A DNA stretch of 64,000 nucleotides from Octopus sinensis (Eukaryota), in the NCBI RefSeq assembly GCF_006345805.1, contig NC_043018.1, positions 3,286,001 to 3,350,000 of the forward strand. The letters are read 5' to 3'. The position numbers were made by a program, and so were the translations under genes. The stretch's first letter is position 1. Every line of letters begins with the position of its first letter. The notes below the pieces were generated by a model. That model saw only the letters and a program-made list of their open reading frames with translations. It ran no database searches and was not told the origin of the DNA. This document shows, piece after piece, positions 40,550 to 52,748 of the stretch.

Positions 40550-40635
40550 TACCAACCACATGGTTCTGGATTCAGTCCCTCAGGGTGACACCTTGGGCAA
40601 GTGTCTTCTAATATAGCCTCAGGCCGACCAAAGTT
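40550..40635 (+). mobile_element. SINE family A, 5' part
   Basis: caaccacatggttctggattcagtccc...caccttgggcaagtgtcttctaatatagcc. Confidence 0.75.
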
Positions 40636-41269
40636 CTGGCCCCGATGATATTTCGACTTAGAACTTAGAACGATGATATTTCAACTATGAGCCAAAAGAA
40701 ATGCCACTAACTTTTATGTTTCAGATTTTGGGGCAAAGTAAGCATTTTTAGTAGAAGGGGCTTGGGATTACGTCACTTTCAATAGTTGACAGCAACATCA
40801 TTTTAAAGAACACTATAATGATTAAAGATAAAGTCACCTGGGCGAGATTTGAACTCAGAACTTTGAGAGCCAGAATGTATAAATAATACCGCAAGGTGCA
40901 TTGTCCGATGCATTAGCAGTTATATTTTCAAAGTCACCCAAATAATAATCGCATGGTATTCTGATTGAAAAAGAAATCTATGTCGTAAATCTTGAAGTTG
41001 CTAATATGTTGGTTTTCGACACCCTAGATTAAAAATTAGACATTCTGCAAACTTCAAGTGTATAATCGGATTGACAAAACAGATTATTTCGATGTCTGTT
41101 ATATTTGGTTTTGACATAAAGATATCGAAATTTATTTCTGCCAAATATTCGAATAAAAACTAAGACATGTTCACATAATTACTTCTACATTATCTTGGCA
41201 TTACATCAACACTTAATCCGTCCTCATCATTCACCTGAAGACTACGATATACAACATAAATACGTACAT

Positions 41270-41274
41270 GCATA

Positions 41275-41332
<58 letters not shown>

Positions 41333-41444
41333 CATACATATATATAATATATATATATATAATATATATATATATACATACATATATATATATATATCCA
41401 TATATATATATATATATATATATAATATAATATATATATATATA

Positions 41445-41494
<50 letters not shown>

Positions 41495-41587
41495 TATATA
41501 TATATATATACATATATATATACATATATATACATACACACACACATATATATATAAACATGTATATATATATATATATATATATAT

Positions 41588-41673
<86 letters not shown>

Positions 41674-41743
41674 ATATATATATATATATAATATATATAT
41701 ATATATTATATATATATATATCCATATATATATATATATATAT

Positions 41744-41795
<52 letters not shown>
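41270..41795. repeat. Long (TA)n array with TCCA interruptions
   Basis: Read directly from the sequence. Confidence 0.95.
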
Positions 41796-41797
<2 letters not shown>

Positions 41798-43734
41798 GAA
41801 TCAATAATGCTTAAATGCTTGTATGAAAGTACGTATATATAAATATGCGTGTGTCTCTCTACATATATATATATTTATATATTTATGCGTGCATGCATTT
41901 ATGCGTGTAAATAAATGAATAAATGCTTATATGTATATACACACACATAAACATATAGATATACACACATACATTCACATATACATGTATGTATACATAT
42001 ATGTATATGTATGTGTGTATGTGTGTGTGTGTATGTATGTATGTAAGTATGTATGTATGTATGTATGTATGATTGAGTATGTATGTATGATTGAAATGTA
42101 TGATTGAAATGTATGTATGTATGTATGTATGTACGTATATATAAATGGATATTTGTATACCTACATATCTGTATGTGTTGGGTGGGACTGTTCGTTTAAA
42201 ATGTAAATAGCATTACATATTAACCCGAAGAAATTTCGTTCAGTTGGTTTTTGTGTCGATCAACAATTTTGAGATGGAAACTCCTGTAATCGTTAAAATT
42301 ACATTTCTTTCACTTTGAAGCGATCACTCGATAATTTATACTTAATGTTTTTTTAGCATACATCAGAAACTGTCTCTTATTATGCTCTTAAGACAAAAGA
42401 ACTGTATCAAAATTTTAAAGTACGCAAGAAAAAATTTGGTTTGGGGGCGGCAAGTTGAAATAAGTTCATTTCTTTCGCTTCTGAGGAGATTACAGTGGGG
42501 AAAATGTAAATTTTTTCTCTATGCCCATGAACGAAGCAGTTATATCTAATGTTGAATGCGGTGCCATATCGATTATTCTGTATGGAATGCTGAAGGTCTC
42601 TCCTTTCATCTTTTCATAACGAAATATATTTGAAAGGAAAGTACTTTTTCTACATGTATCGCTAATAGAAACACAACTTCTGCTGGAGCATGCTGAGTTT
42701 TATATAAATTTAATCTGAACCATATATGTGAGTGTGTGAGGGGATTGTTGGGTGCATGGTTTTTTGTGTGTATATATACTTACACAGAAACACACACATA
42801 CACATACACATACAAACATATATATTCATATACAATTACTAATGCATGAGTGTCTATCTTCTGAAAGAGTAAGAGATATATGTGTGTGTATGTGTGTATA
42901 TAGATATATGCTTACATACATAAATACATACATACATGCATGCATACGTACATATATGCAAACATATATTGCGTAGCACCCGGTCGTCATTTCCCCTTTA
43001 TTGACATGTAGAATATAAATATTACCCCATGAGATAAAAGCTGCTCTGTCGTTTGTAGCGACCCCGGAATATGTGACCTGTAAGGAACAAGGAAAGTGAG
43101 GCAACATAGAATTAATCAGCTTGTAAACCGAAGTGGGCTCAGCCATCATGGCTGGACAATGTGCTAGAAAGAGAAAAAAAGCATGATTCAATTAAGACTC
43201 TGCTTACTTCTTCATGGGGTGCGCATACACATGCATATAAGCGCGCGCGCACACACACACACACACACACATATATATAATGGTGTTGTGGGTGTGTATC
43301 TTTTCACTTGTGTCAGTTATAAGGCCGTAGCCATGCTGGGGCAGCGCCTTCCAAGATTTAGTTGGACAAATGCAATTCAGTAGTTAATTTTTTTTTAATT
43401 TATGCACGGTGTTTATGCTACCGATGTCCTTGTGACGTAAACAAATCAGCGCCCGTTGTCAAGTGATGGTGGGCGACAAACACAAGAACACACAAGGGTA
43501 CACACACACACAAACACACACACACACACACGCACGCTCACACACACATACGCACACACATACACACTCATACACACACGCACGCACATACATACACGTA
43601 TGCACGCATACATATACGTACGCTCACACACACACATACACATACACGCACGCCCACACACACACACATACGCATACACACACATGCACGCACGCACACA
43701 CACACAGATATATATATATGTATGTATGTATAAT

Positions 43735-44056
43735 GAGGTCACGTGGCCTAGTGGTTAGGGTATTCGGCTCGCGATCGTAGGGTCACAAGTTCGATTCCCG
43801 ATGGGCCGATGTGTCCTTGAGCAAGACACTTTATTTCCCGTTGCTCTAGTCTGCTCAGATGGCAAAATGAGTCGCACCTGTATTTCAAGAGGTCAGCTTT
43901 ATCAAACTCTGTGTCACGCTCAATCTCCCTGACAAATAAGTGAAGGAGTACGCGTGTCTGCGGTGTGCTCAGGCACTTGCACACTAATTTCAGGAGTAAG
44001 CTGTTCCGTTGAGCAGATCAAGTGGAGCCCTCCTCGTCGTAACCGACGGAGTGCCA
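43735..44056 (+). mobile_element. Full-length tRNA-derived SINE, family D
   Basis: A-box tggcctagtgg, B-box gttcgattccc, gtgtccttgagcaagacacttt core and a long 3' domain ending aaccgacggagtgcca. Confidence 0.8.
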
Positions 44057-44074
44057 GTATAGTATAGCAAAATA

Positions 44075-44180
44075 CCGTTAGAATAAGTACTAGGCTTACA
44101 AAGACTAAGTTCTGGGATCGATTTGTACTCCAGCATGGCCGCAGTCAAATGACAGAAACAAGTAAAAAATTAAAAACAGA
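44075..44180 (+). mobile_element. SINE family A, 3' tail fragment
   Basis: agaataagtactaggcttacaaag...ccagcatggccgcagtcaaatgacagaaacaagta. Confidence 0.75.
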
Positions 44181-44362
44181 AAAGGATATAGATATATAGA
44201 TATATAGAGGATTGATGTCTCTTTCTTTCTTTTGTTATCTTACCGTTTTACCAATAGATAGATAGATAGATAGATACGCGCGCACACATACATACGTACA
44301 CCGTGCATTTTACACATATATATATATATATGTATATATGCATATATATATATATATATATA

Positions 44363-44775
44363 TATATAAGAAAATAGTAAAGAATGAAAGAACGACAGAA
44401 GGCTTAAATGTTAAAGAATATATATATTTGCGTCAATATGTCTGAAGAATATTGGAAAATTTTTTTCCTCTTATAATGACATAATTTTTAAAGAAAGACC
44501 GGTTTCGCATTAGCTCTTCAAATTTCTTGCGACGTTATGTTTATGTTTGATAGCGTTAAAAACACAAGGATAACGCTAACAAACATAAACATAACGTCGC
44601 AAGAAATTTGAAGAGCTAAATGCGAAACCGGTCTTTCTTTAAAAATTATGTCATTATAAGAGGAAAAAGAAAAAAAAATGTCCAATATTCTTCAGACATA
44701 TTGACGCAAATATATATATTCTTTAACATTTAAGCCTTCTGTCATTTTTTCATTCTTTACTATTTTCTTATATAT
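44363..44775. repeat. Long inverted repeat (~200 bp arms, 12-nt spacer) with an HHR-like motif in each arm
   Basis: Arms meet at tagcgtta-aaaacacaagga-taacgcta; motif aagaaa-tt-tgaaga-gc-taaat-gc-gaaaccggtc-tttctt at 44601-44639. Confidence 0.9.
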
Positions 44776-45350
44776 TCACCCACGTGCTTTCACAAACAAA
44801 CTTTCTTATCTATATATATCTCTTATTATAAAAGGCAGATTTTATCTGCCTCCCTTTGTCACTTATAGAAATCTACAATATAGGATTTCTTCAATTACAA
44901 TTTACCTAGCATTTTTAAAAGTAGAATGCATCGGGTCATGCCAGGTCCAGTTTTTAAAATTTAAACTCCAATTAAGCAAAATTTACAGAAAACTCACATT
45001 CTGGTGTGTATGTCAAATGCTTTTCTTAGTCTGGTTTACAGCACACGCAAACGCACACACACAGTGTGCAACGAATAAAGTGAAACTAATTCACTGTGAG
45101 TGTGTTGACAGGTAGACAATAGAATGCGATGGCGATGGCGATGGCGATGTAATATTTGTTTCTGTCTATCCCGCTGATAGATACATGAGTAAAATGTATG
45201 GCAAGCTAAGAGATAAGAGTGAGTGAAAATGTTCTTGGAAGAGAGTAAATAGCGACAGAGTGATTTGAGGAAGACTAAACTGAAAGTATGAACAGTGTTT
45301 ATGTATAAAAGACACACTATATATAGTTATTAATAAATGTATGCATCCGT

Positions 45351-45660
45351 TTAACCCTTTCGTTACCAAACGCCCGAATTTACCTATTCATATTTAAATG
45401 AGAATATCAGAGTAAATCTCTTTAGTACATTCGTGAAAACACGTATTATACTTCGTAAACACTTCAAATACAGTTTTGTACAAAATCGAAGTGTAATTTT
45501 AATTCCGTGAATTATGGGAGATTTTTTCGCGAAATTTGTTCCTATTGTGTTTTCAAAATTTGTGATTCTGACAAAAAATGGATACGAATTCATTTCAAGC
45601 AGCGAGTCAGAATTCGAAGGTTTTCTACTGAAGACCTTCATAAATCTAACTCTATGACTG
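45351..45660 (+). mobile_element. Truncated piggyBac-like non-autonomous element end
   Basis: TTAA followed by CCCTTTCGTTACCA; no right end seen. Confidence 0.35.
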
Positions 45661-45673
45661 AAAAAAAAAAGCA

Positions 45674-46028
45674 TCTTTATATAAGAGTGAAGTTGTGTGT
45701 CTGTCTCCTACGATTTAGATTCGTAACTACTCCCCATTTTGGCGGTGCAGTTTAACCAAAAGCGGGTATCTTATAGTTCTGGGTATTAGCGCGCGTCTAC
45801 GATGAGTCTACGATTTAAAAAAAATTTACCATCATATTTTTCCATTTTAATGCATTTTTTCGCTTTTATATACGGGAAGTAACTCTCTAAAAATATCTAC
45901 GATGTGTCAACCTTAATTTTTTTTCAATTTTTAATGCATTTTTTTGCTATTTTTTGGCTATAACTCTCTAAAAATGCTTATATAGTTATTTCCCTTACAA
46001 CCCGAGCAACGCCGGGCGATACTGCTAG
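45674..46028 (+). mobile_element. Non-autonomous Helitron
   Basis: A/TC start, 3' hairpin cccgagcaacgccggg plus CTAG/T; same family as 54177-54572. Confidence 0.85.
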
Positions 46029-46069
<41 letters not shown>

Positions 46070-46205
46070 AGGGACTTCTTTCAGTTTCCATCTTTCAAAT
46101 TTAGTGATAAGGCTTTAATCAGCCTTAGACATTTGCCCAAAATTTTCATGTTGTGGGACTAAACCCAGAACCACGTGCATGGGAAGCAAACTTCTTATCA
46201 TGCAG
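46070..46205 (-). mobile_element. SINE family A, decayed 5' part
   Basis: ttctttcagtttccatc...gacatttgcccaa...gggactaaacccagaaccacgtg. Confidence 0.6.
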
Positions 46206-46504
46206 TGTGTCTGTGTATGTTATTATTATTATCATTATATATATATAAAGCTAAAATGCGAAAAGTTTGTCTCATTTGGGGATTGGAACGGGTTAAGGGG
46301 CACTTGATGGGGTTGGATTGGCTCCAAAATCTACAGGGACATGTAAAATGAGGCGAGAAAGTGTGTAGACTGCTTTAGACACCCCTATCTCAAAAGCTGT
46401 GGTTAACAGGGCAGCAAAGCCCACACTTTGACAAATGTTTGTCCTTTCTCCCTTTTGCATAACAGCCTGTCTTCCTCCGTCTCTCTCTTTCCTTCCTTCC
46501 CTCC

Positions 46505-47072
46505 AACGGATACCCTAGATCCATTATAAATCGGATTGAGTACCCAATACGTCCAACACGCCGAACACATAGGAAGCCCAGCTCCATATGCTTCCTTAAA
46601 ATACCCCATTTTAGCGAGAGGATAACTACATCCATCCGAAGAGCCATAAGAAGAGAAGGACTAGACATACAAGTAGCCCACTCTGGTCCCTCTCTGAGAG
46701 GACACCTCACTAAGAAACGAACAAGCGACAACAATTAGTGTACACTAACAAACTGTCCCATCCGTGACACATATTTATGCCAACGGGTAAATGTTGTGTA
46801 TAGAATACAATGTAACAAAATGCAACAAGTTCTATGTGGGTAGCACAACAAGACCATTACACGTCCGCATCAAAGAACATCTGAACACGAAAGCATCCTC
46901 CTTCAGAAAACATCTAGACAGATGCCGCAACACTGACAAAAGCATAACAATCACAATTGAGGCCAATGTAAGAAATTTGGGTAATTTAAGAATTAAGGAA
47001 GCTATATTCGTACATAGACTAGGTCCCCAAATTAACAACAGGCTGGAGGTTAGTAATCAATACATTATTTAA
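46505..47072 (+). pseudogene. Penelope-like retroelement 3' ORF fragment (linker and GIY-YIG endonuclease)
   Basis: NGYPRSII...FLKIPHFSE...*CTLTNCPIRDTYLCQRVNVVYRIQCNK [frameshift] CNKFYVGSTTRPLHVRIKEH...LRIKEAIFV..LGPQIN; one stop and one frameshift. Confidence 0.88.
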
Positions 47073-47576
47073 ATAACTCTGGATGCGTGTAGCTTCATTT
47101 TTGATAATATGCTCATCTATTGTTTATAACAAAAAAAAAAAAGAAAAAACGAAGAGTAAAAAACAATAGAAGGGAAAGAATGGAAGCTGCACGTTTAATA
47201 CGTAAATTAGAAGCAGCGCTACAGATGTACCGGTACACACGAGATGGAGACATGACCGATCTCACACACCTCTGATGAGGAAATCTGGAAGGAGCACCGT
47301 GTGACAACTGCTGAGACACTTCCACAATGTAAAAAAGAAAAAACGTTAGAAAACCGATTATAGCAGCGACTCCATCTAAGAATATCTGAAGAAGGAATAT
47401 TATTATGAAATATCATATCAGCCTATGGAGGACTAAATTACAACAGATATATAGTCCATTGTCTGTATTATAGTGCATTTTTGTACCATTCAAAGCTTTT
47501 TATTCTTTACAAACAATACACAATGCTTCAAGCGAACTACAATACTCTCATATATGTATATATATACACACACACA

Positions 47577-47805
47577 CAGTGTTGGACAAAAGCACCCGAA
47601 AGTAAATCAAAATTCCATAAATACTTAATATTCAATTTTATTTACTATAAATGTTTAATAATTGAATGCTGTGGACTAAACTCACACTTTTTCTTCTTTT
47701 TCAACATTTGTCTATTTATTTGTGAAGTCACATATAATATAAGTTTTGGCTTTATTCTTGAAATTAAATGGTTTTGATTTACTGTCAGGTGACTTTAGTG
47801 AACTG
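47577..47805. mobile_element. Tc1/mariner-type MITE (~230 bp)
   Basis: Imperfect TIRs cagtgttggacaaaagcacccgaaagtaaatcaaaa / ttttgatttactgtcaggtgactttagtgaactg, followed by TA. Confidence 0.6.
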
Positions 47806-47810
47806 TATAT

Positions 47811-47845
<35 letters not shown>

Positions 47846-48070
47846 CTATATATATATATATGTATATCACACATATATATACATATATATATATGAATAT
47901 GTATGTATGTATGTATGTGTGTATGTATGTATATGTATATATATATATATATATCTGTATGTATATATATATATAATTATATATATTATATATATATATA
48001 TATTATTATATATATATATATATGGGAGGCGTGTCTACTTGTATATATATACATATATATATATATATAT

Positions 48071-48719
48071 AAGCTTTGGCTGTTATTTCTAGTGGGTGAA
48101 TGGCCTATTATGGCCGTTCCTTGATTGTTGATGTTGAACTTAAAAATGGTCTATGACTATTTAATTTTTTCCCACTAGGCCGCTGGGCCAAAAAAATTCT
48201 ACAAAATTTTTTTGCCACCCTATATTGATTAATTATGAATTTCTGGTTAATTCCGTAATGGAATCGACGGCTTATATTTATTGCTGCCGATAAATTTGGC
48301 GCGAGTGCGATGATTTGAAAATTTTAGGTCAGATATTACCTTGGCAGGGTCGGAAATGCCTCGTGAAAATATCTGTTCCGACTTGTGGCTATTTCTTACT
48401 GAAGAATCTGAGGGCCTATGGAAGATTGGCTTGATTTAATTTAATCAGGTTAGTTTACCATTAAACAGCAGATGAAACGGTGCATCGTATAAGAAATTAC
48501 AGGGTAAATGTTTTTAAATTTTCTCTGTTTACGGAATTGACTTTTATTTGCGGTTGAAGCTTTGGCTGTTATTTCTAGTGGGTGAATGGCCTATTATGGC
48601 CGTTCCTTGATTGTTGATGTTGAACTTAAAAATGGTCTATGACTATTTAATTTTTTCCCACTAGGCCGCTGGTGGCAAAAAAATTCTACAAAATTTTTTT
48701 GCCACCCTATATTGATTAA
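48071..48719 (+). mobile_element. HHR-containing 486 bp repeat, 1.33 units (Penelope pseudo-LTR / retrozyme-like)
   Basis: 48071-48230 repeats almost exactly at 48557-48719; non-coding; (TA)n on both flanks. Confidence 0.82.
48391..48497 (+). ncRNA. Canonical type I hammerhead ribozyme
   Basis: AUUUCUUA-CUGAAGA-AUCUG..(58 nt)..CAGAU-GAAACG-GUGCAU-CGUA/UAAGAAAU: 8-bp stem I, 5-bp stem II base, 3-bp stem III, intact core, GUA site. Confidence 0.85.
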
Positions 48720-48767
48720 AAATAATATATATATATATATATATATGTATAGTAGGGCACATATTTT

Positions 48768-48890
48768 TAGGCGCTGTGTGGTAAAAATCTTGCTTACCAA
48801 CCACATTGCTCGGGGTTCAGTCCCACTATGTGCACCTTGGACAAGTGTCTTCTACAATAGCCCTCGACCGACGAAAACCTTGTAGCCTTG
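48768..48890 (+). mobile_element. SINE family A, 5' part
   Basis: gctgtgtggtaaaaatcttgcttaccaaccac...ggttcagtcccac...caccttggacaagtgtcttctac. Confidence 0.75.
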
Positions 48891-49040
48891 TGTGCCTTGT
48901 GTGCTAACCATGAAAATATGCTGGATGACATTGTGAAATAGAAGGGAATGAATTTTGAGAATGTGCCAGCCTCCATATTCTGCTTCGTTATAATTAATTA
49001 TTGCATCTCTCTCTCTGTGTGTGTATATATATATATATAT

Positions 49041-49107
<67 letters not shown>

Positions 49108-49321
49108 TACATACAATATATAGAGAGAGCAAGAAAGAGAGAGAGTGAAAGATACATTTATGAATACATACACACACATATATATATGTGTGTGTGTATA
49201 TATATATATAACATGGTTGTGTGTTTTCAATCACACGTTTTCGGGTTCAAAGATAAATGTGAGCCTTTGTGTAAGTCTATGCATTAAAGCGGATCTGCGC
49301 ATCTTCTGTGATTGTCCATCA

Positions 49322-49353
<32 letters not shown>

Positions 49354-49869
49354 ACTTCCCCCCTCTCTCTCACTCCCCCTCTCTCTCTCTCACCCTATAT
49401 CTCTTTTTGTCCGTATCTCGCACACACCTGTACGCATAAACATACACATACGCATGCACACACATACACACACACACATACTCTCACTTCATTTCATTTT
49501 CATCTGCAATATCAACACATCACTCATGAAAACCTGTGAGGAATTAATAGTTATATGATATTCCAGTGATCAACCGAAACCGTAATTAAATCCCTTTGCT
49601 GTCACAAATCTGGACGCAACAAGGAATCTGGATCTCCTCTTTCAGATTTTACTCTGCTTCGTTTAAAATAGTCACATTTCGATGCATTTCGTCGCATCAG
49701 ACAAATAGATTTCCTTTGTTCTTTTTTATGTATTCTTTCGTAATATCTCTTCAATTTCTATGTTTCCATTGTTTTTATTATTTTAGAAAACGACCGGCCA
49801 TTATTTTAAATTACTGCGCTAATTAGTGTATCTTACTAAAATTGTATGTATATGTATAGAGATAAATGT

Positions 49870-50120
49870 GGAGGCGCGTGGCTTAGTGGTCAGGGTGTCA
49901 GCATCATGATCATAAGATTGTGGTTTCGATTCCTGGATCGGGCCACGCGTTGTGTTCCTGAGCAAAACACTTCATTTCATGTTGCTCCAGTCCACTCAGC
50001 TGGCAAAAATGAGTAACGCTGCGATGGACTGGCGTCATCTCCAGCTGGGGAACACATACACCATTGAAACCGGAAAACTGGGCCCATGAGCCTGGCTAGG
50101 CTTTAAAAGGGCGCATTTAT
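49870..50120 (+). mobile_element. Full-length tRNA-derived SINE, family C
   Basis: A-box tggcttagtgg, B-box gtttcgattcc, core ttcctgagcaaaacacttcatttc...gctccagtccactcagctgg, then ctgcgatggactggcgtc. Confidence 0.82.
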
Positions 50121-50418
50121 TTTTTATTATATAGATAAATAGATAGATAGGTACATGTGTATTTGTATGTATTTACATATACACACATATATGCACATAC
50201 ATGTATCATGTGTGTATATAAATATATAATTATATACGCTGTTACTGCTGTGTGGGAAGACGTTCCCTTCCTAGCCAATGGTTCCGAGTTTGATCCCACT
50301 TTGGGTCAATGCCTTCAAGCCGATCAAGGCCGACACACCAAGTAGTGTGAAGGAGGGATCGCCGGAGGCTATTAGAGAGAATATGAAGGATTGCAGGGAG
50401 CGCAATAAGCTGTGGCCT

Positions 50419-50512
50419 GCAGGTTGCATGAGTCCTGTAGATTGCATGAGTCCCGCAGGTTGCATGAGTCCCGCAGGTTGCATGAGTCCTGTAGATTGCA
50501 TGAGTCCTGCAG
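50419..50512. repeat. 18-bp minisatellite, 5 copies
   Basis: GYAGRTTGCATGAGTCCY x5, two variants (GCAGG/GTAGA). Confidence 0.92.
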
Positions 50513-51363
50513 TACTTTCAGAAAGATAACACTAATGAAAAATTAGTAGCTTGAATTGTTTTAGTAATGTGACCTGCCTGATGATGAGTCATATCTCATG
50601 CGGCCCGCTTCTCGAAAAGGTTGCCCATGCATGATATAAAGAATTATCGCATATGATATTTACTGCCAGCTCCTATTTTTGTCCTCACTCGAAAACCACC
50701 AGATATCGTGATTCTAAAATCTGCAATCATTTGCTCTGAATTCTATGTTGCTTCATTCTTCAGTAAATATTTTCCTAATTATTGTTCATTTCGCCATAGT
50801 ATTGTTCTGTGGCCGGTTCAGATCGTGTATTATTTTTATGGAACTGAACTGGAGAGGAGAAATGTTGCCATTTCCTTGTAAAGCTCTGAGAAACAATAAG
50901 AATTTGCACACGTGAAAATATCTCGAGGCGCAGAACCAAGTCCATGGTTACCGTGACAACTGGCACCAACTGTAGTAACAATACCACCACTATCAACAAG
51001 CATAGCAGTAACACTATACTAAGGAGGAAGTCACTAGAGAGAAACGGCACTGAAGTCTAGCTAAAATCATGACCTATTATGGTGGAGAACGAAGGTACAG
51101 ATTGGATGATTTAATGCAAATGTGCGAAACTATATCTTGTGTAAAGGGAAAACATGGACGGTAAGGACACCTTTTGTGAGGTACATCAAAAACCACCTTA
51201 AAAATGTCTGAGTAACAATGTGAGTATGATAAGAAATCGATTAATCAAGGATCAGAACGGGTACAATTCCATACAGAAGCGTACTCTAACCAATCTCCAT
51301 GTGAGAGGTGCTTACTCCTCCCAGATAGAGTGACTTGACGTGGTTCCACAACACGTTAGAAGT

Positions 51364-51590
51364 ATATTTCTTTACTGCCCACAAGGGGCTAAACATAGAG
51401 GGGACAAACAAGGACAGACAAAGGGATTAAGTCGATTACATCGACCCCGGTGCGTAACTAGTACTTAATTTATCGACCCCGAAAGGATGAAAGGCAAAGT
51501 CGACCTCGGCAGAATTTGAACTCACAACGTAACGGCAGACGAAATACTGCTAAGCATTTCGCCCGGCGTGCTAACGCTTCTGCCAGTTCC
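51364..51590 (-). mobile_element. Full-length tRNA-derived SINE, family B
   Basis: Minus strand: ggaactggcagaagcgttagcacgccgggcgaaatg...gagttcaaattc...gtcgataaattaagtac...gccccttgtgggcagtaaagaaat. Confidence 0.88.
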
Positions 51591-52334
51591 AATCAAATCT
51601 CGTTCAAGTCCGACTGTATCGTCCCAGAGAAGAACAGGTTTTCTAAAAGATGGGATGTTTGCGGCTTCAATGATTTTGATCATTGATCTGCTCAATCAAG
51701 TCTGACTTAGGGTTGAAAGCTTTTAAGACAACAGCAACATAGGGTAGTGAACTGGGAGTGTCGGAAATGACAATGAAAACTGCCACACATTGAGTCAAAA
51801 TTCGGGTGGTTGTCAGTTTCTACTAGTAGGTCAAGTGAACAACTGGAGGCCTTCCACTTTGACTTAAAAATAACGATAATGAATAACAAATTAGGAAAAC
51901 TACGCTCATTAAGCAACCATTTTAAATGCCTGATCAATCAAACTTTCCTAAAATTAAGAGGAGACATACTGAAACGATGAAATTTATTGCCAAATAATAA
52001 CAAAAACAAATTTATCAGAAATAATATAGAAAAAAAACAGAACACAAAACAAAAGACAAAACTATCCAATGGTATTTCGATCAGCATTTTTATTTATTTG
52101 TTTTGTCTTTTTCAGACAGTTCCATTGTATGAGGTAATTACCAACTTCCATTATGCGAAGACGAGGTTGATAATGTATTTTTAATTTATTTTATTATAAT
52201 TAATAATTGTTTTTTTTAAATTTTTTATTTTATTCCCTTACTCTTTCATTATGATTTGATTTCTTTCAATAAATTATGTTTCTAAAATGAATAAGCAATA
52301 AACGACGATGTCAAGTGAAAGGAATTTTATTTTA

Positions 52335-52555
52335 CCATTTTTAACCTTTTACTTGTTTCACTCATTAGACCGTGGCCATGCTGGGGCACCGCCTTGAAGA
52401 TTTTTTTAGTTGAATGAATCAATCCCAATACTTTTTTTTCTAAAGCTTGGTACTTATGCCGAACAGCTAAGTTACGGGGAAGTAAACACACCAGCACCGG
52501 TTGTGAAGCGGTGTTGGTGGTGGGGGGGAAACAATACAGACACAAAGACACGCAC
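52335..52555 (-). mobile_element. SINE family A, 3' half
   Basis: cttgtttcactcatt...ggccatgctggggcaccgcc...gtaaacacaccagcaccggttg. Confidence 0.75.
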
Positions 52556-52612
52556 TCTCACACATATTTATATATATATATAAAATAATATGTTACATTT
52601 ACTCAATAGTCA

Positions 52613-52675
52613 AGATAAAACTCTGAGTTTCAGATGCCGAAGTGGAAATCCACAACACCATCTCTTCGGTTATCT
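52613..52675 (-). ncRNA. Degenerate type I hammerhead
   Basis: Minus strand AGAUAA-CCGAAGA-GAUG..CAUC-U-GAAAC-UCAGA-GUU/UUAUCU; U4 changed to C and a 1-nt offset in stem II. Confidence 0.5.
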
Positions 52676-52748
52676 GGCCATCAGAAAAAACGCTATGAAA
52701 TAATAATATTGAGGTCTCTTTCTTTCTTTTATTATCTTACCGTTTTTA

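Noticed and set aside
50890-51060. Frame ending ...RRKSLERNGTEV* (PDZ-ligand-like C-terminus)
   Set aside because: Preceded by an in-frame stop and no usable acceptor; probably chance
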